Positions 9,602 to 19,295 of a DNA stretch of 60,969 bases are shown in pieces. The first letter of the stretch is position 1, and the number at the start of each line of letters is the position of its first letter. Where the stretch lies: NCBI GenBank assembly GCA_937888955.1, contig CALAQW010000086.1, positions 1 to 60,969 on the forward strand. The letters run 5' to 3'. The translations under genes and the position numbers were made by a program. Source of the DNA: an uncultured Alphaproteobacteria bacterium (GTDB taxonomy: Bacteria > Pseudomonadota > Alphaproteobacteria > UBA11222). The notes under the pieces are model-generated. The model made no database searches, was not told where the DNA came from, and saw only the letters and a program-made list of their open reading frames with translations.

Positions 9602-10738
9602 TCATTCCGCCGTTGCCATAAGGGCCGGGTGAACCACCGCCCCGTTGCGCGTCAATAACGTGCCAAGAATGATTTCATCTTCCCAGTCAATCTCCAGCGC
9701 ACCGCTTTCGGCGATCAATGGCTTGAGGAAATTGAGCAAATTCTTCGCATAAAGCGCAGACGCATCCACCGGCAGGCGCCCGGGCATATTCCGATAGCCG
9801 ATGATCCGCACACCATGCGCTTCCACGCATTCGCCGGGCTTGCTGAGCGGACAATTGCCCCCCTGCTCAACGGCGAGATCGACGATCACCGACCCGGGCT
9901 TCATCGATTTTACCATCTCTTCGGTAATCAGCACAGGGGCGGGCCGTCCGGGAATCAATGCGGTACAGATCGCGATATCCTGCTTCTTCAGGGTTTCGGC
10001 GATCAGCGCCGCCTGGGCGCGCTGATACTCTTCGCTCATCTCGCGCGCATAGCCGCCTGCGGTTTCCGCCGCGGCGGTTTCTTCCGATTCGACCATCACG
10101 AAATTCCCACCAAGGCTTTCCACCTGTTCCTTGGCGGCGGGCCGCACATCGGTCGCGCTGACAATAGCGCCAAGCCGGCGGGCCGTGGCAATCGCCTGCA
10201 AACCGGCGACACCGGCACCCATCACCAGGACCCGGCCCGGCGCGATGGTGCCCGCAGCGGTCATCATCATCGGCATGGCACGGCCAAACAGCTGGCACGC
10301 CTCGATCACCGCGCGATAACCCGCCAGATTGGCCTGCGAGGACAGCACATCCATCGATTGCGCGCGGGTAATACGCGGCATGAATTCCATGGCGAAAGCC
10401 GCCAGCCCCCGCTCGGCATAGTCCTGCAACACATCCTGATCGCGGAATGGCGCAAGCATGCCGATGAGATTGGCACCGCGCTTCATTGCCGCCACCGCAT
10501 CCGCCGTTGGCCGTTGTACACAGAAGACGATATCCGCATCCGTCACCGCAGCGACGGCATCAGGCGCGATCGATGCGCCGGCTGCCTCGAAATCCGCATC
10601 GGCGATACTGGCCCCCGCCCCCGCGCCTGTTTCGACGACGACGTCAAGGCCAAGGCCGACAAGCTTCTTCACGGTCTCGGGACTTGCGGCGACACGGGTT
10701 TCATCGGTGTGCCGCTCGCACGGTATGGCAAGCTTCAT
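9602..10738 (-). CDS. pntAA: NAD(P) transhydrogenase subunit alpha, part 1 (dI, NAD(H)-binding)
   Basis: Alanine dehydrogenase/PNT fold. [22 protein letters not shown] Rossmann motif. Confidence 0.9.
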   Translation of the reverse strand: MKLAIPCERHTDETRVAASPETVKKLVGLGLDVVVETGAGAGASIADADFEAAGASIAPDAVAAVTDADIVFCVQRPTADAVAAMKRGANLIGMLAPFRDQDVLQDYAERGLAAFAMEFMPRITRAQSMDVLSSQANLAGYRAVIEACQLFGRAMPMMMTAAGTIAPGRVLVMGAGVAGLQAIATARRLGAIVSATDVRPAAKEQVESLGGNFVMVESEETAAAETAGGYAREMSEEYQRAQAALIAETLKKQDIAICTALIPGRPAPVLITEEMVKSMKPGSVIVDLAVEQGGNCPLSKPGECVEAHGVRIIGYRNMPGRLPVDASALYAKNLLNFLKPLIAESGALEIDWEDEIILGTLLTRNGAVVHPALMATAE

Positions 10739-10802
10739 ATTCTGTGAGTTTCGGCAGTTAATCGGCAGGAAATACGCACCAGCTCGGCCGCGCGCGACAA
10801 GA

Positions 10803-10943
10803 TCAGGTCAAAAAAATCGCCATCAGGGCAAGTACCAGAATAATTCCGGCCGAGGACCATTTCGTAATCGAGATGAAGATTTCCCACATTTCGCGATGTT
10901 CGCTGATATCCATCGAACCACGCTGATATTCGGTATCGGCCAT
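10803..10943 (-). CDS. aa3-type cytochrome c oxidase subunit IV-like small membrane protein, 46 aa
   Basis: MADTEYQRGSMDISEHREMWEIFISITKWSSAGIILVLALMAIFLT fits the bacterial COX IV pattern (GxMDIxxH, W, single TM). The longer 103-aa ORF-track form is unlikely. Confidence 0.6.
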   Translation of the reverse strand: MADTEYQRGSMDISEHREMWEIFISITKWSSAGIILVLALMAIFLT

Positions 10944-11052
10944 GCCTCTATACTCCAATCGTCCCGCATCAATTTTCTGACTATATAAGCGATGCCCGAG
11001 GCCAGCGTAAACCGTGGATTTCCTGTTTACTGACAATAATGCGCAAACCGCG

Positions 11053-13533
11053 TCAATTCGCCTCGCCAAGATCGGCAGGGACAGGTTTTTCCGGCCGCGC
11101 GCCCGGACGGGCAAACTTGCCTGCCGCCTCGTTGACGACGGGGCTCAACGGCGCTGCCGCAAAGGATGCGGCGACCCGCGACGGCGCAATCTCGCCGTAA
11201 TCGGTGCGACGCTGGCGCGGGGTGCGGCCAGCCGCGCGGATCAGCGCTTCCATTGCCTCGGGGGGCATTTCCTGACCATGGGTGGCACCCGCCGCGCGGG
11301 TGATCGTTTCGTTCATCAACGTGCCGCCCAGATCGTTCACCCCGGCATCAAGGCAGGCCAGCACACCTTCACGGCCCATCTTGACCCAGCTTGTCTGAAT
11401 ATTGGGGATATGCGGATGCAGCACGAGCCGCGCCACCGCATGCATCAGCACCGCCTCGCGGAATGTCGGGCCCTGCCGCGCCTGGCCCTTGAGATAAATC
11501 GGCGCCTCCATATGCACAAAGGGCAACGGCACGAATTCGGTAAAGCCACCGGTCTGTTTTTGCAGATCGCGAATCTTGCGCAGATGCCGCGCCCAATGTT
11601 CGGGGCCTTCCACATGCCCGTACATGATCGTCGCGGTCGTCTTGAAACCGACCTTGTGGGCGGCCGCCATCACCGCCAGCCATTCATCGCTTTTCAGCTT
11701 GTCGGGACAAAGCACCGCGCGCACCTCATCGTCGAGCGTTTCAGCGGCGGTCCCGGGCAAGGTGCCAAGCCCCGCCTCTTTCAGCGCCGACAGGAACGCC
11801 TCAAGCGACAGCTCAAGCGTCGCTGCCCCCTGCCAGATTTCAAGCGGGGAAAAGGCGTGAATATGCATGTCAGGCAGTGCCGCCTTTACCGCGCGACAGA
11901 TATCGAGATAGGTCTGACCTGTGTAATCGGGGTGAATGCCCCCCTGCATGCAAACCTCGCTCGCGCCGCGCGCCCAGGCTTCCTCGGCCCGGCGAACAAT
12001 CTCTCCAAGTCCCAGATCATAGGGCTTGCCGCGCAGATTCTCGCTCAGCTTGCCTTTGGAAAAGGCGCAGAACTGGCATTTGAAATAGCAGACATTGGTA
12101 TAATTGATGTTGCGGTTGACCACATAGCTGACCGTGTCGCCGCACATCCGCGCGCGCAGCCGGTCCGCCGCCGCGCAGACGGCGGAAAATTCCGCGCCGC
12201 GCGCCTGAAACAGCCGGACAATTTCGGCTTCGCTCAGATCCGCCCCCTGCGCGGCGCGCGCAAGAACAGCATTCAGCGCATCGGATACGGGCGCCGCATC
12301 GCGCGCGCGCGATTGCGCAAGGATAGCGGCGGGCGGCGGCGTCTCCGCCCCCGGCGACCAGCTTTCGGCGCGCGCAAACCCTTCGCTATCCATCGCGCGC
12401 AGCAAGCCGGGCCGCATGGCAGGATCGATCCAGCGCGCGTGCGCACGGGCAAAAGCGGGATAAACCGTCAACCGCTCGACCAGCAGCTTGCCGGCCGCCG
12501 CGGTCTCGCGCGCCAGATCCTCAAGATGCGGCCAGGGCGCTTCGGGATTGACGAAATCGGGGGTGACCGGCGACACCCCGCCCCAGTCATTGATGCCCGC
12601 ATCGATGATTTTGGGCAGAACACCGGGGCTGAGATTGGGGGGCGCCTGAATATTCATCGCCGCGCCGAACAGAATACGCGCTACCGCAATCGTCCACAGC
12701 AATTCCTCAAGATCGGGTTCGGGCGCATGCGCCATTTTCGTGCCCGGCTTGGCGCGGAAATTCTGTATGATGACTTCCTGCAAATGCCCATGCGCATCAT
12801 GCAGATCACGCAAAGCAAGAAGCGATGCGACCCGTTCGGCGCGGGTTTCGCCGATCCCGATCAGAATGCCGCTGGTGAAGGGAACCGCCGCCTCCCCCGC
12901 GCGCGCGATCGCGGCAAGCCGCACCGCCGGGGCCTTGTCGGGGGAACCATAATGCGGCATGCCCTTGTCGCAGAGCCGCGGCGCCGCACTTTCAAGCATG
13001 ATGCCCATCGAGGCCGCAACCGGGCGCAGCGCCACAAGATCCGCTGCCGACATCAAGCCCGGATTGAGATGCGGCAACAGCGTCGTCTCATCGGCGACAA
13101 GCTTTGCCATCGCCTGCAAGTAACCAAGCGTGCTGTCAAATCCGAGCGTGGCAAGCGCCTCGCGCGCCGCACGATACCGCAGCTCGGGCTTGTCACCGAG
13201 GGTGAACAGCGCCTCGCGACAGCCTGCCCGCTCTCCCTGGCGCGCGATGGCAAGCACCTGTTCGGGCGTCAGAAAGGCAGGCGCGCCCCTGCGCGGCGGT
13301 TCGGCGAAAGTACAGTAGTGACAGACATCGCGGCAAAGATGTGTAAGCGGGATAAACACCTTGCGCGAATAGCTGACAAGATTGCGGTGCCCGCGATCAC
13401 GTAGCTGAGCCGCCACCGCCATCAGCCGGGGCAAATCAGTGGCATCGGCAAGGCTGAGCGCAGCGCCCGCTTCCGGACGCGCGCCATTCAGCGCCGCTGC
13501 CAGAATATCGTCGATCATCGCCTCGGCGCGCAT
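11053..13533 (-). CDS. fbiC: FO synthase, fused CofG/CofH (7,8-didemethyl-8-hydroxy-5-deazariboflavin synthase)
   Basis: 826 aa with two radical-SAM CxxxCxxC motifs (CRDVCHYC and CYFKCQFC). The start overlaps the cofC stop (TGATG). Confidence 0.9.
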   Translation of the reverse strand: MRAEAMIDDILAAALNGARPEAGAALSLADATDLPRLMAVAAQLRDRGHRNLVSYSRKVFIPLTHLCRDVCHYCTFAEPPRRGAPAFLTPEQVLAIARQGERAGCREALFTLGDKPELRYRAAREALATLGFDSTLGYLQAMAKLVADETTLLPHLNPGLMSAADLVALRPVAASMGIMLESAAPRLCDKGMPHYGSPDKAPAVRLAAIARAGEAAVPFTSGILIGIGETRAERVASLLALRDLHDAHGHLQEVIIQNFRAKPGTKMAHAPEPDLEELLWTIAVARILFGAAMNIQAPPNLSPGVLPKIIDAGINDWGGVSPVTPDFVNPEAPWPHLEDLARETAAAGKLLVERLTVYPAFARAHARWIDPAMRPGLLRAMDSEGFARAESWSPGAETPPPAAILAQSRARDAAPVSDALNAVLARAAQGADLSEAEIVRLFQARGAEFSAVCAAADRLRARMCGDTVSYVVNRNINYTNVCYFKCQFCAFSKGKLSENLRGKPYDLGLGEIVRRAEEAWARGASEVCMQGGIHPDYTGQTYLDICRAVKAALPDMHIHAFSPLEIWQGAATLELSLEAFLSALKEAGLGTLPGTAAETLDDEVRAVLCPDKLKSDEWLAVMAAAHKVGFKTTATIMYGHVEGPEHWARHLRKIRDLQKQTGGFTEFVPLPFVHMEAPIYLKGQARQGPTFREAVLMHAVARLVLHPHIPNIQTSWVKMGREGVLACLDAGVNDLGGTLMNETITRAAGATHGQEMPPEAMEALIRAAGRTPRQRRTDYGEIAPSRVAASFAAAPLSPVVNEAAGKFARPGARPEKPVPADLGEAN

Positions 13534-14222
13534 CAGCTGACCCCCGCCTTTTCCTGGGTGCAGGCTGCCTGCATCGCCGCCAGCGGTTGCCCGGACAGCC
13601 ATTTGCGGGTGCAGGTCGTCGCCGGATGCGCGGTCAGCGCCAGAAGATCGCCGACTTCATCGATATCAAAACCAAGCCCCTCAGCGCGCAGCAGCGTCGG
13701 TACGACGCCCGCCTGTTCGGCCGCCGCGCAATGGGCGCGCACGCTGTCGGGACCATAGTGGAAATCAACCAGATCGGGGGGTGAACAGATCATCGCATTG
13801 GTGCCACGCCCTTGCGCGTCGGGCGCGATGGTGAGGGCGGGGGTGAGGGCGGGGGTAAGCCTGTGGGCTGCGATCAGCCGGCTGATTTCCTGTTCGGTCA
13901 CAAGCGGCAGATCCCCATGCAAAACAAGGATTTGCGCAACGCCTTCAGCTTGCAGCAGCGCGGCGGCGCGTTGCACGGCGGGATTAAGCCCATGATTTTC
14001 AGCTTCCGCCAGGATGCGCGCGCCGTAACGGCGACCCAGCGCGTGCGCGCGCGGATCGGGGGAAACCAGCAAGATACCGTCAAGCGCCGCCACCCCGGAC
14101 AGCGCCGCCAGCACATCTTCGAGCATCGCAAGACCGAGCGCTGCGCGCTGCTCCGTGCTCAACAGCGCGGACAGGCGTTGCTTCGCCTCAGCTAATCGCT
14201 TGACGGGCACGATCGCCCACAT
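13533..14222 (-). CDS. cofC: Phospho-(enolpyruvate/lactate) guanylyltransferase CofC/FbiD
   Basis: MWAIVPVKRLAEAKQRLS N-terminus, LHGDLPL motif, about 229 aa. F420 operon context. Confidence 0.8.
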   Translation of the reverse strand: MWAIVPVKRLAEAKQRLSALLSTEQRAALGLAMLEDVLAALSGVAALDGILLVSPDPRAHALGRRYGARILAEAENHGLNPAVQRAAALLQAEGVAQILVLHGDLPLVTEQEISRLIAAHRLTPALTPALTIAPDAQGRGTNAMICSPPDLVDFHYGPDSVRAHCAAAEQAGVVPTLLRAEGLGFDIDEVGDLLALTAHPATTCTRKWLSGQPLAAMQAACTQEKAGVS

Positions 14223-14296
14223 GATCTCTTCCCTGTCGAACCGGTTCGTTGTCGTTATCGCGCGACGATAGGACAGCCCTGTCGCAATGTGTAGCT

Positions 14297-15310
14297 TTAC
14301 GTCGCTTTTTGTTGCATCTGTTGCACAAACTGTAGCACAGCGCGGGCAAGCGCCAGCTTTTCTTCATAGCCGGTCATCAGCGTATCGCTCACAAGGCATT
14401 GAAGCTCCCTGTCCCTGATCTGACGGGCGAGCGGCTGATCGGTTGCATCCAGAACGAATCCGTCAAGCAAACCGGCATAATGATCGGCAATGGCGAGCGC
14501 GTCACCGGGCACGCCAAGCTCGCGCATCATCTTGGCCGTCGGCCCCTTGATCGCCTGCCCGCCGACGATCGGGGAAACAGCGATCACAGGCGCAGGCGCT
14601 GCCGCAATCGCCTCCCGCATCCCGGGCACCGCGAGGATCGGGTCGATACTGACAAACGGGTTGGACGGGCAGATGATGATCGCATCAAGCGCGGGATCAC
14701 CGAGCGCGGCAAGCGCCCCGGGCGCGGGCTGCGCCGTTTCCGCCCCTGCAAACCGGAAGCCCGTTACCGCCGGCGCGCATTTATCGCGCACGAAATAATG
14801 CTGGAAGGCAAGCGCCCCATCGGGGGTGTCGACAATCGTGCGCACCGGGGCATCGCTCATCGGTACGAGCGCGGGAGCAACCCCGAGGCGCGCGCCAAGA
14901 TCGCGCGTCACGGCAGACAGGCTTTCCCCCGCCGCAAGCCGGCGGCTGCGTTCGATATGGGTCGCCAGATCAAGATCGCCAAGCTGGAACCAGTCCTCCC
15001 CGCCAAGCGCCCTGAGCGCCGACATGAAACGCCAGCTTTCCCCCGCACGGCCCCAGCCCGTATCCGGATTGGCAAGCCCCGCAAGGCTGTACATCACCGT
15101 GTCGAGATCGGGCGAGATATGCAAACCCAGATGGACGAAATCGTCCCCGGTATTGGTGATGATCGTCAGATTTTCGGGCACAAGCAACGCATCGAGCCCG
15201 ACCGCAAGCTTCGCCCCGCCGACCCCGCCGCACAAGGCAACGCAGCGCATGCCGGCAAATTGCGCCTCTTTGCCGTCGCGCGGGTCTTTATCGGCTGGCC
15301 GGTTCGTCAT
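14297..15310 (-). CDS. cofD: 2-phospho-L-lactate (or EPPG) transferase CofD/FbiA
   Basis: The ALCGGVGGAKLAVGL motif and the CofD-like sequence throughout. Start taken at MTNRPADK, 7 nt after the cofE stop. Confidence 0.85.
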   Translation of the reverse strand: MTNRPADKDPRDGKEAQFAGMRCVALCGGVGGAKLAVGLDALLVPENLTIITNTGDDFVHLGLHISPDLDTVMYSLAGLANPDTGWGRAGESWRFMSALRALGGEDWFQLGDLDLATHIERSRRLAAGESLSAVTRDLGARLGVAPALVPMSDAPVRTIVDTPDGALAFQHYFVRDKCAPAVTGFRFAGAETAQPAPGALAALGDPALDAIIICPSNPFVSIDPILAVPGMREAIAAAPAPVIAVSPIVGGQAIKGPTAKMMRELGVPGDALAIADHYAGLLDGFVLDATDQPLARQIRDRELQCLVSDTLMTGYEEKLALARAVLQFVQQMQQKAT

Positions 15311-15317
15311 CGCGCGC

Positions 15318-16091
15318 TCACCGGAACATATCGATCCGCTTGTCGCGGACGAGTGCAGCGGCATCGCGGGCGGGACCGGGGCGCGGTGGCACGAAACCGC
15401 GCATCAGCACGGCGGGCACACCTTCGGCCCCTTCCCCCATCAACAGCCCCGCGGCCGAGGCGATCGCATCGGCGGTGCCCACCTCGGACACTTCGAGCAC
15501 CCGCCCGAACAGATCCCGCTCCCCGCGCAAGTCAATAAGCGAGGCGAGCCCGGCAACCCCGATCGCGATCCCCACCGTGCCGTTACGCCAGGCGCGGCCC
15601 ACACTGTCGCAGATCACAACGGCGATTTCCGCACCGAAACGCGCAGCGATTTCGCGGCGCATCCGTTCGGCCGACGCGTCGGGATCTTCGGGCAACAGCA
15701 GCACCTGCTCGGTGCCTTCGGGATGCGGGATATTGGAATGATCGATACCGGCATTCGCCATCACCACGCCGATCCGGTGCGCGACGATCAGCACCCCGGG
15801 CCGGTGGCGCACAACCTCGGTCGATTCGGACAGAATAAGCTCGACAAGCCGGGGATCCTTGTCCACCTCCGTCGCCAACGCCACCGCCCGCGGCGACGGC
15901 ACGACCGCGGCGAGATCGGCATAGCGGCCCTCCGCCTTGGAAACGATCTTCTGCGCCAGGACCAGCACATCGCCGGGCGCAAAGCTGAGCCCGGCGGCAT
16001 CCATGCCTGCGCCCAGAATAGCGGCAAGATCATCGCCCGGCGCAATCAGCGGTATCCCGGGCAGGCCGGTCAGGGAAAGAGCAGCGGTCAT
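15318..16091 (-). CDS. cofE: F420-0:gamma-glutamyl ligase, single-domain CofE (no C-terminal nitroreductase domain)
   Basis: 257 aa. The sequence [13 protein letters not shown]...[15 protein letters not shown] and ANAGIDHSN. The length fits a ligase domain only. Confidence 0.85.
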   Translation of the reverse strand: MTAALSLTGLPGIPLIAPGDDLAAILGAGMDAAGLSFAPGDVLVLAQKIVSKAEGRYADLAAVVPSPRAVALATEVDKDPRLVELILSESTEVVRHRPGVLIVAHRIGVVMANAGIDHSNIPHPEGTEQVLLLPEDPDASAERMRREIAARFGAEIAVVICDSVGRAWRNGTVGIAIGVAGLASLIDLRGERDLFGRVLEVSEVGTADAIASAAGLLMGEGAEGVPAVLMRGFVPPRPGPARDAAALVRDKRIDMFR

Positions 16092-16107
16092 TGTGTTCTG
16101 CGGCGGT

Positions 16108-16794
16108 TCAACCGGTTTTGCCTGACGGATTGCCCGGCGTTCCGGTGATGCGAATCCCCGCCCCGTCGATCTGATAACGCTTGTTGATGCCAATCAGGAT
16201 CGAGGTCAGCGCCTCCGCGGCGACACTGTTGGCAAGCGGCCCCGCATGCCAGCCGCGCATGCCAGCCGCTTCGACCAATGCGATCACCTGTTCGCGCGCG
16301 GCCAGCTTGTCGCCGCTGACAAGCACATCGCAATCCACCGGATGATCCTCGCGCAGATGGCTTGCCCCGACATTCTGGAAGGCGGAAACGACCGAAACCC
16401 CGTCCCCCAGGATCGCCTGCGCGGCAAGCCCGGCTGAGCCTTCGGGCGGCAATTGCACCCGCGCCACCTTGGGCGGCATGAGCGGGACCGTCACATCGAC
16501 GAGAATTTTGTCGCGCAGCGCCGCGCGCACCGCTTCGAGGGTGGCTTTCTGATTGGCGAACGGCACCGTCAGCACCGCAATCTCGCAGGCTGTCGCAGCG
16601 GCGACATTATCCATGCCACGCACCGGCGGCGCCCCCTCGGCAACCGTCAGCGCGGCAGCGGCGGCTTCCGCCTTGTCCGCGGTACGCGACCCGATGATCA
16701 CCGGATAACCTGCCCGCGCCCAGCGATAGGCCAGACCGCCCCCCAGATCCCCGGTGCCGCCAAGGATTGCGATAACAGGTCGATTGTCGGACAT
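16108..16794 (-). CDS. npdG: NADPH-dependent F420 reductase (Fno/NpdG)
   Basis: [30 protein letters not shown] dinucleotide-binding N-terminus, 228 aa. First gene of the F420 operon. Confidence 0.8.
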   Translation of the reverse strand: MSDNRPVIAILGGTGDLGGGLAYRWARAGYPVIIGSRTADKAEAAAAALTVAEGAPPVRGMDNVAAATACEIAVLTVPFANQKATLEAVRAALRDKILVDVTVPLMPPKVARVQLPPEGSAGLAAQAILGDGVSVVSAFQNVGASHLREDHPVDCDVLVSGDKLAAREQVIALVEAAGMRGWHAGPLANSVAAEALTSILIGINKRYQIDGAGIRITGTPGNPSGKTG

Positions 16795-16962
16795 AACAGA
16801 TACTCGCGCTTCTGGGGTGTCGCGGCGCCGCGCGGGCGGACCGCCTTGCTTTTTGCGCGATTATTGTTGAATGCGCGCCCGGGTGCAATTGTTTCGCACA
16901 GGCTTGCGCGGATCTGTCCCGAAAACGGCCTGATAACGGCAGACCCGCCCGTCCTGAGGCTG

Positions 16963-17247
16963 TCAGTAAACCGAGCTGCGCCGGACCGCGGCCGGTTCCC
17001 CGCATTGCCAGTCATCGGGATTGATCGTCTCTTTCTGGCGGGTGCGCAGATTGTACAGATGCCATTCCGATCCGGTCAGCGTGTTGTCGCTGTCCGCCGC
17101 ATCATAGGTCAGCCGTCCGTCACCGGCGCGCGCGCTGCAATCAACAAGCATCTGCGCCCCGTGATAATTTGCACTGCCGCACCCCGCAAGCACCCCAAGC
17201 CCCGCCACGGCCAAGACGATTTGCGACCACCATCTTGTTGATCCCAT
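16963..17247 (-). CDS. Small predicted lipoprotein, about 94 aa
   Basis: Signal peptide with the lipobox LAGC (MGSTRWWSQIVLAVAGLGVLAGCGS). No family recognised. Confidence 0.45.
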   Translation of the reverse strand: MGSTRWWSQIVLAVAGLGVLAGCGSANYHGAQMLVDCSARAGDGRLTYDAADSDNTLTGSEWHLYNLRTRQKETINPDDWQCGEPAAVRRSSVY

Positions 17248-17403
17248 TCCCGCGCCCTCCATTTCTTTGCTTGATTTCCGGCGGCAGTGTGCCGGTCTTT
17301 CGGACACAGGTGAGATCACTTCTATGTGAGGTCATTTCATGTGAAGATGCGCCTGGCGCGCGGTTTCTATCCGATTTTCCGCCCATTCGGCATCAATCTC
17401 AAT

Positions 17404-17416
17404 TGACAATTTGTCA
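17404..17416. repeat. Perfect 13-bp palindrome TGACAA-T-TTGTCA upstream of the MFS gene; candidate operator or -35 overlap
   Basis: Read directly from the sequence, 111 nt upstream of the MFS ATG. Confidence 0.35.
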
Positions 17417-17526
17417 TGCTATCGAAAAGCTGTGGGCGGATTATTCGAATCGCCCATATCCATACCCTCTGTTGGGGGAGGGGGAAGAAAAAGTGACCGG
17501 CAAACCGTTCCGAAAGCAAAAAGCCC

Positions 17527-18906
17527 ATGTCTGACGCGCCCCTGAAAAAATCGAGCCTTCTTGCCTATGTCCTCCCCGGCGCACCGATCGCCGCGCTGGG
17601 GCTGCCGATTGTCGTCTATCTGCCGCCCTTCTACGCCCAGGATATGGGGCTGGGGCTCGGGCTTGTGGGGACGATCTTCATGATCGCGCGCTTCTGGGAC
17701 GTGATCACCGACCCGCTGATGGGGGTGCTGTCGGACCGGTTTCCCTCGCGCTGGGGACGGCGGCGGCACTGGATCGTGCTGGCGGTGCCGATCCTGATCG
17801 CCTGCGTCTATATGGTGTTCATGCCGCCCGAAACTTTTCTCGGCAGTCCGATTTCAGGCGGCTATCTGCTGTTCTGGATGCTGCTGCTTTACATCGGCTA
17901 TACGCTGATCACCATTTCGCATCTGTCCTGGGGGGCGGAGCTGCATCCCGATTACCACGAACGCTCCCGCATTCAGGGCTGGCGCGAAGTGGCGGTGGTG
18001 GCGGGCATGGTCGCGGCCCTCGCCCTGCCCGCGCTGATCGACCGGGTGGCCGCTGATGGCGAAGCGGGTATGAGCCGGGTTGCGGCAATGGGTTGGTTTA
18101 TCATCCTGGCAATGCCGCCAGCCGTGCTGATCGCGGTGAGCTGCGTGTCCGAAAGGCCGCAGCCCAAACGCCCGGCAACAAAGATCCCCCTGGGCCAGAC
18201 TTTACGAATCATCGTCACGAACAAACCGCTGCAAAAGCTTGTTTCCGCCGATCTACTGGCCGGGCTTGCGACAGGGGCGACCGGATCGCTGTTCATTTTC
18301 TTTGTCAGCCATGTGATCGGTCTTGGCCATCTGGCCAGCGCATTGCTGCTGCTGTACTTCATCACCGGCTGCGTGGCCGCACCGATCTGGATCAAGATCA
18401 GTTACCGGGTCGGCAAACATCGCGCGCTCGCCATCGCCACCATGTGCCGCATGGTTTTTGCGATCATGATTCTGTTCGCACCGACCGGCAATATGCTTGC
18501 CGCCGCGATCCTGTTCGCCCTGTTCGGGTCGACCTATGCGGCGGCCCCTTTCCTGCTGCGCTCGATCATCGCCGATGTCGCCGATCATGACGAGGCGCAA
18601 TCGGGTGTGCAGCGGACCGGGCTTTACTATTCGCTGCTGACCCTGACCAACAAGATCGGCCATGCGCTGGCGGTGGGGATCACCTATCCGCTGATCGAAT
18701 GGATCGGCTTTGAAGCCACGGGCATGAACAGCAAGGAGACGTTAAACGCCTTCACCGCGATCTTTATCGGCTTTCCCATCATCTGCGAAATCGTGCTGAT
18801 CGCCGCGATCTGGAATTTCCCCATTGACGCGGCCTCTCAAGCACAGACGCGCATGATCCTTGAACAAAGGCGGCAGGCGGCGCTAAGTGAAGGGACTGCG
18901 GATTAG
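17527..18906 (+). CDS. MFS transporter, glycoside-pentoside-hexuronide (GPH)-like
   Basis: 459 aa with about 12 TM segments. DPLMGVLSDRFPSRWGRRRHW loop motif typical of the MelB/GPH family. Confidence 0.75.
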   Translation: MSDAPLKKSSLLAYVLPGAPIAALGLPIVVYLPPFYAQDMGLGLGLVGTIFMIARFWDVITDPLMGVLSDRFPSRWGRRRHWIVLAVPILIACVYMVFMPPETFLGSPISGGYLLFWMLLLYIGYTLITISHLSWGAELHPDYHERSRIQGWREVAVVAGMVAALALPALIDRVAADGEAGMSRVAAMGWFIILAMPPAVLIAVSCVSERPQPKRPATKIPLGQTLRIIVTNKPLQKLVSADLLAGLATGATGSLFIFFVSHVIGLGHLASALLLLYFITGCVAAPIWIKISYRVGKHRALAIATMCRMVFAIMILFAPTGNMLAAAILFALFGSTYAAAPFLLRSIIADVADHDEAQSGVQRTGLYYSLLTLTNKIGHALAVGITYPLIEWIGFEATGMNSKETLNAFTAIFIGFPIICEIVLIAAIWNFPIDAASQAQTRMILEQRRQAALSEGTAD

Positions 18907-18938
18907 CCGCCCCTTTTCATTCTGCGCCGGCCCCCCAT

Positions 18939-19295
18939 ATGCGATCGGTGATGCGAACCGGAACCAAAATTTGCGGAGCGGTGGCGGTGATATTTATCGC
19001 CGCGATGGTCGTTACGCTGCTTGCTGACTGGCAGGCAGGGCCGCAGGGTGCGGCCTACCACGCCACGACAGCAGGTGAATTATGGCACAAGGCCCATGCC
19101 CCAAGCCTTAATCTCACGCAAGCGATCACCGAACGGTATATAAGCCCGGCCCTCTGGTCGGCTGTGATGCTACCCATATTGCTGGCGCCCATCTGGGTGG
19201 TGGCGCTGGGCAAGGCGGGCTTTTTCGCCCTGCTTGCCGTGATCCTGCATCTGTCTGGCCGACGGCGCGACCCAACGCAGGCCAAAACAGACTAA
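18939..19295 (+). CDS. Hypothetical small membrane protein (about 3 TM)
   Basis: Hydrophobic segments only. No recognisable family. Confidence 0.35.
   Translation: MRSVMRTGTKICGAVAVIFIAAMVVTLLADWQAGPQGAAYHATTAGELWHKAHAPSLNLTQAITERYISPALWSAVMLPILLAPIWVVALGKAGFFALLAVILHLSGRRRDPTQAKTD

Noticed and set aside
11014-13404. 796-aa ORF on the plus strand
   Set aside because: It is entirely antisense to fbiC, which has two clear radical-SAM motifs. Its translation is Arg/Gly/His/Pro-rich low-complexity sequence with no motifs. This is a typical high-GC shadow ORF.
13831-13854. Tandem repeat as a possible CRISPR or minisatellite
   Set aside because: There are only two 12-nt units, they lie inside the cofC reading frame, and there are no spacers. 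It is an in-frame duplication, not an array.
14399-16148. Two overlapping long plus-strand ORFs (379 aa and 440 aa)
   Set aside because: They are antisense to cofD and cofE, with Arg/Pro-rich junk translations.
17472-17487. G-rich motif TGGGGAGGGGG, also present at about 27083-27099, as a possible repeated element or G-quadruplex
   Set aside because: Only two loose copies exist, in unrelated intergenic contexts. One is better explained as an SD-like tract for a uORF. That is insufficient for a repeat family.
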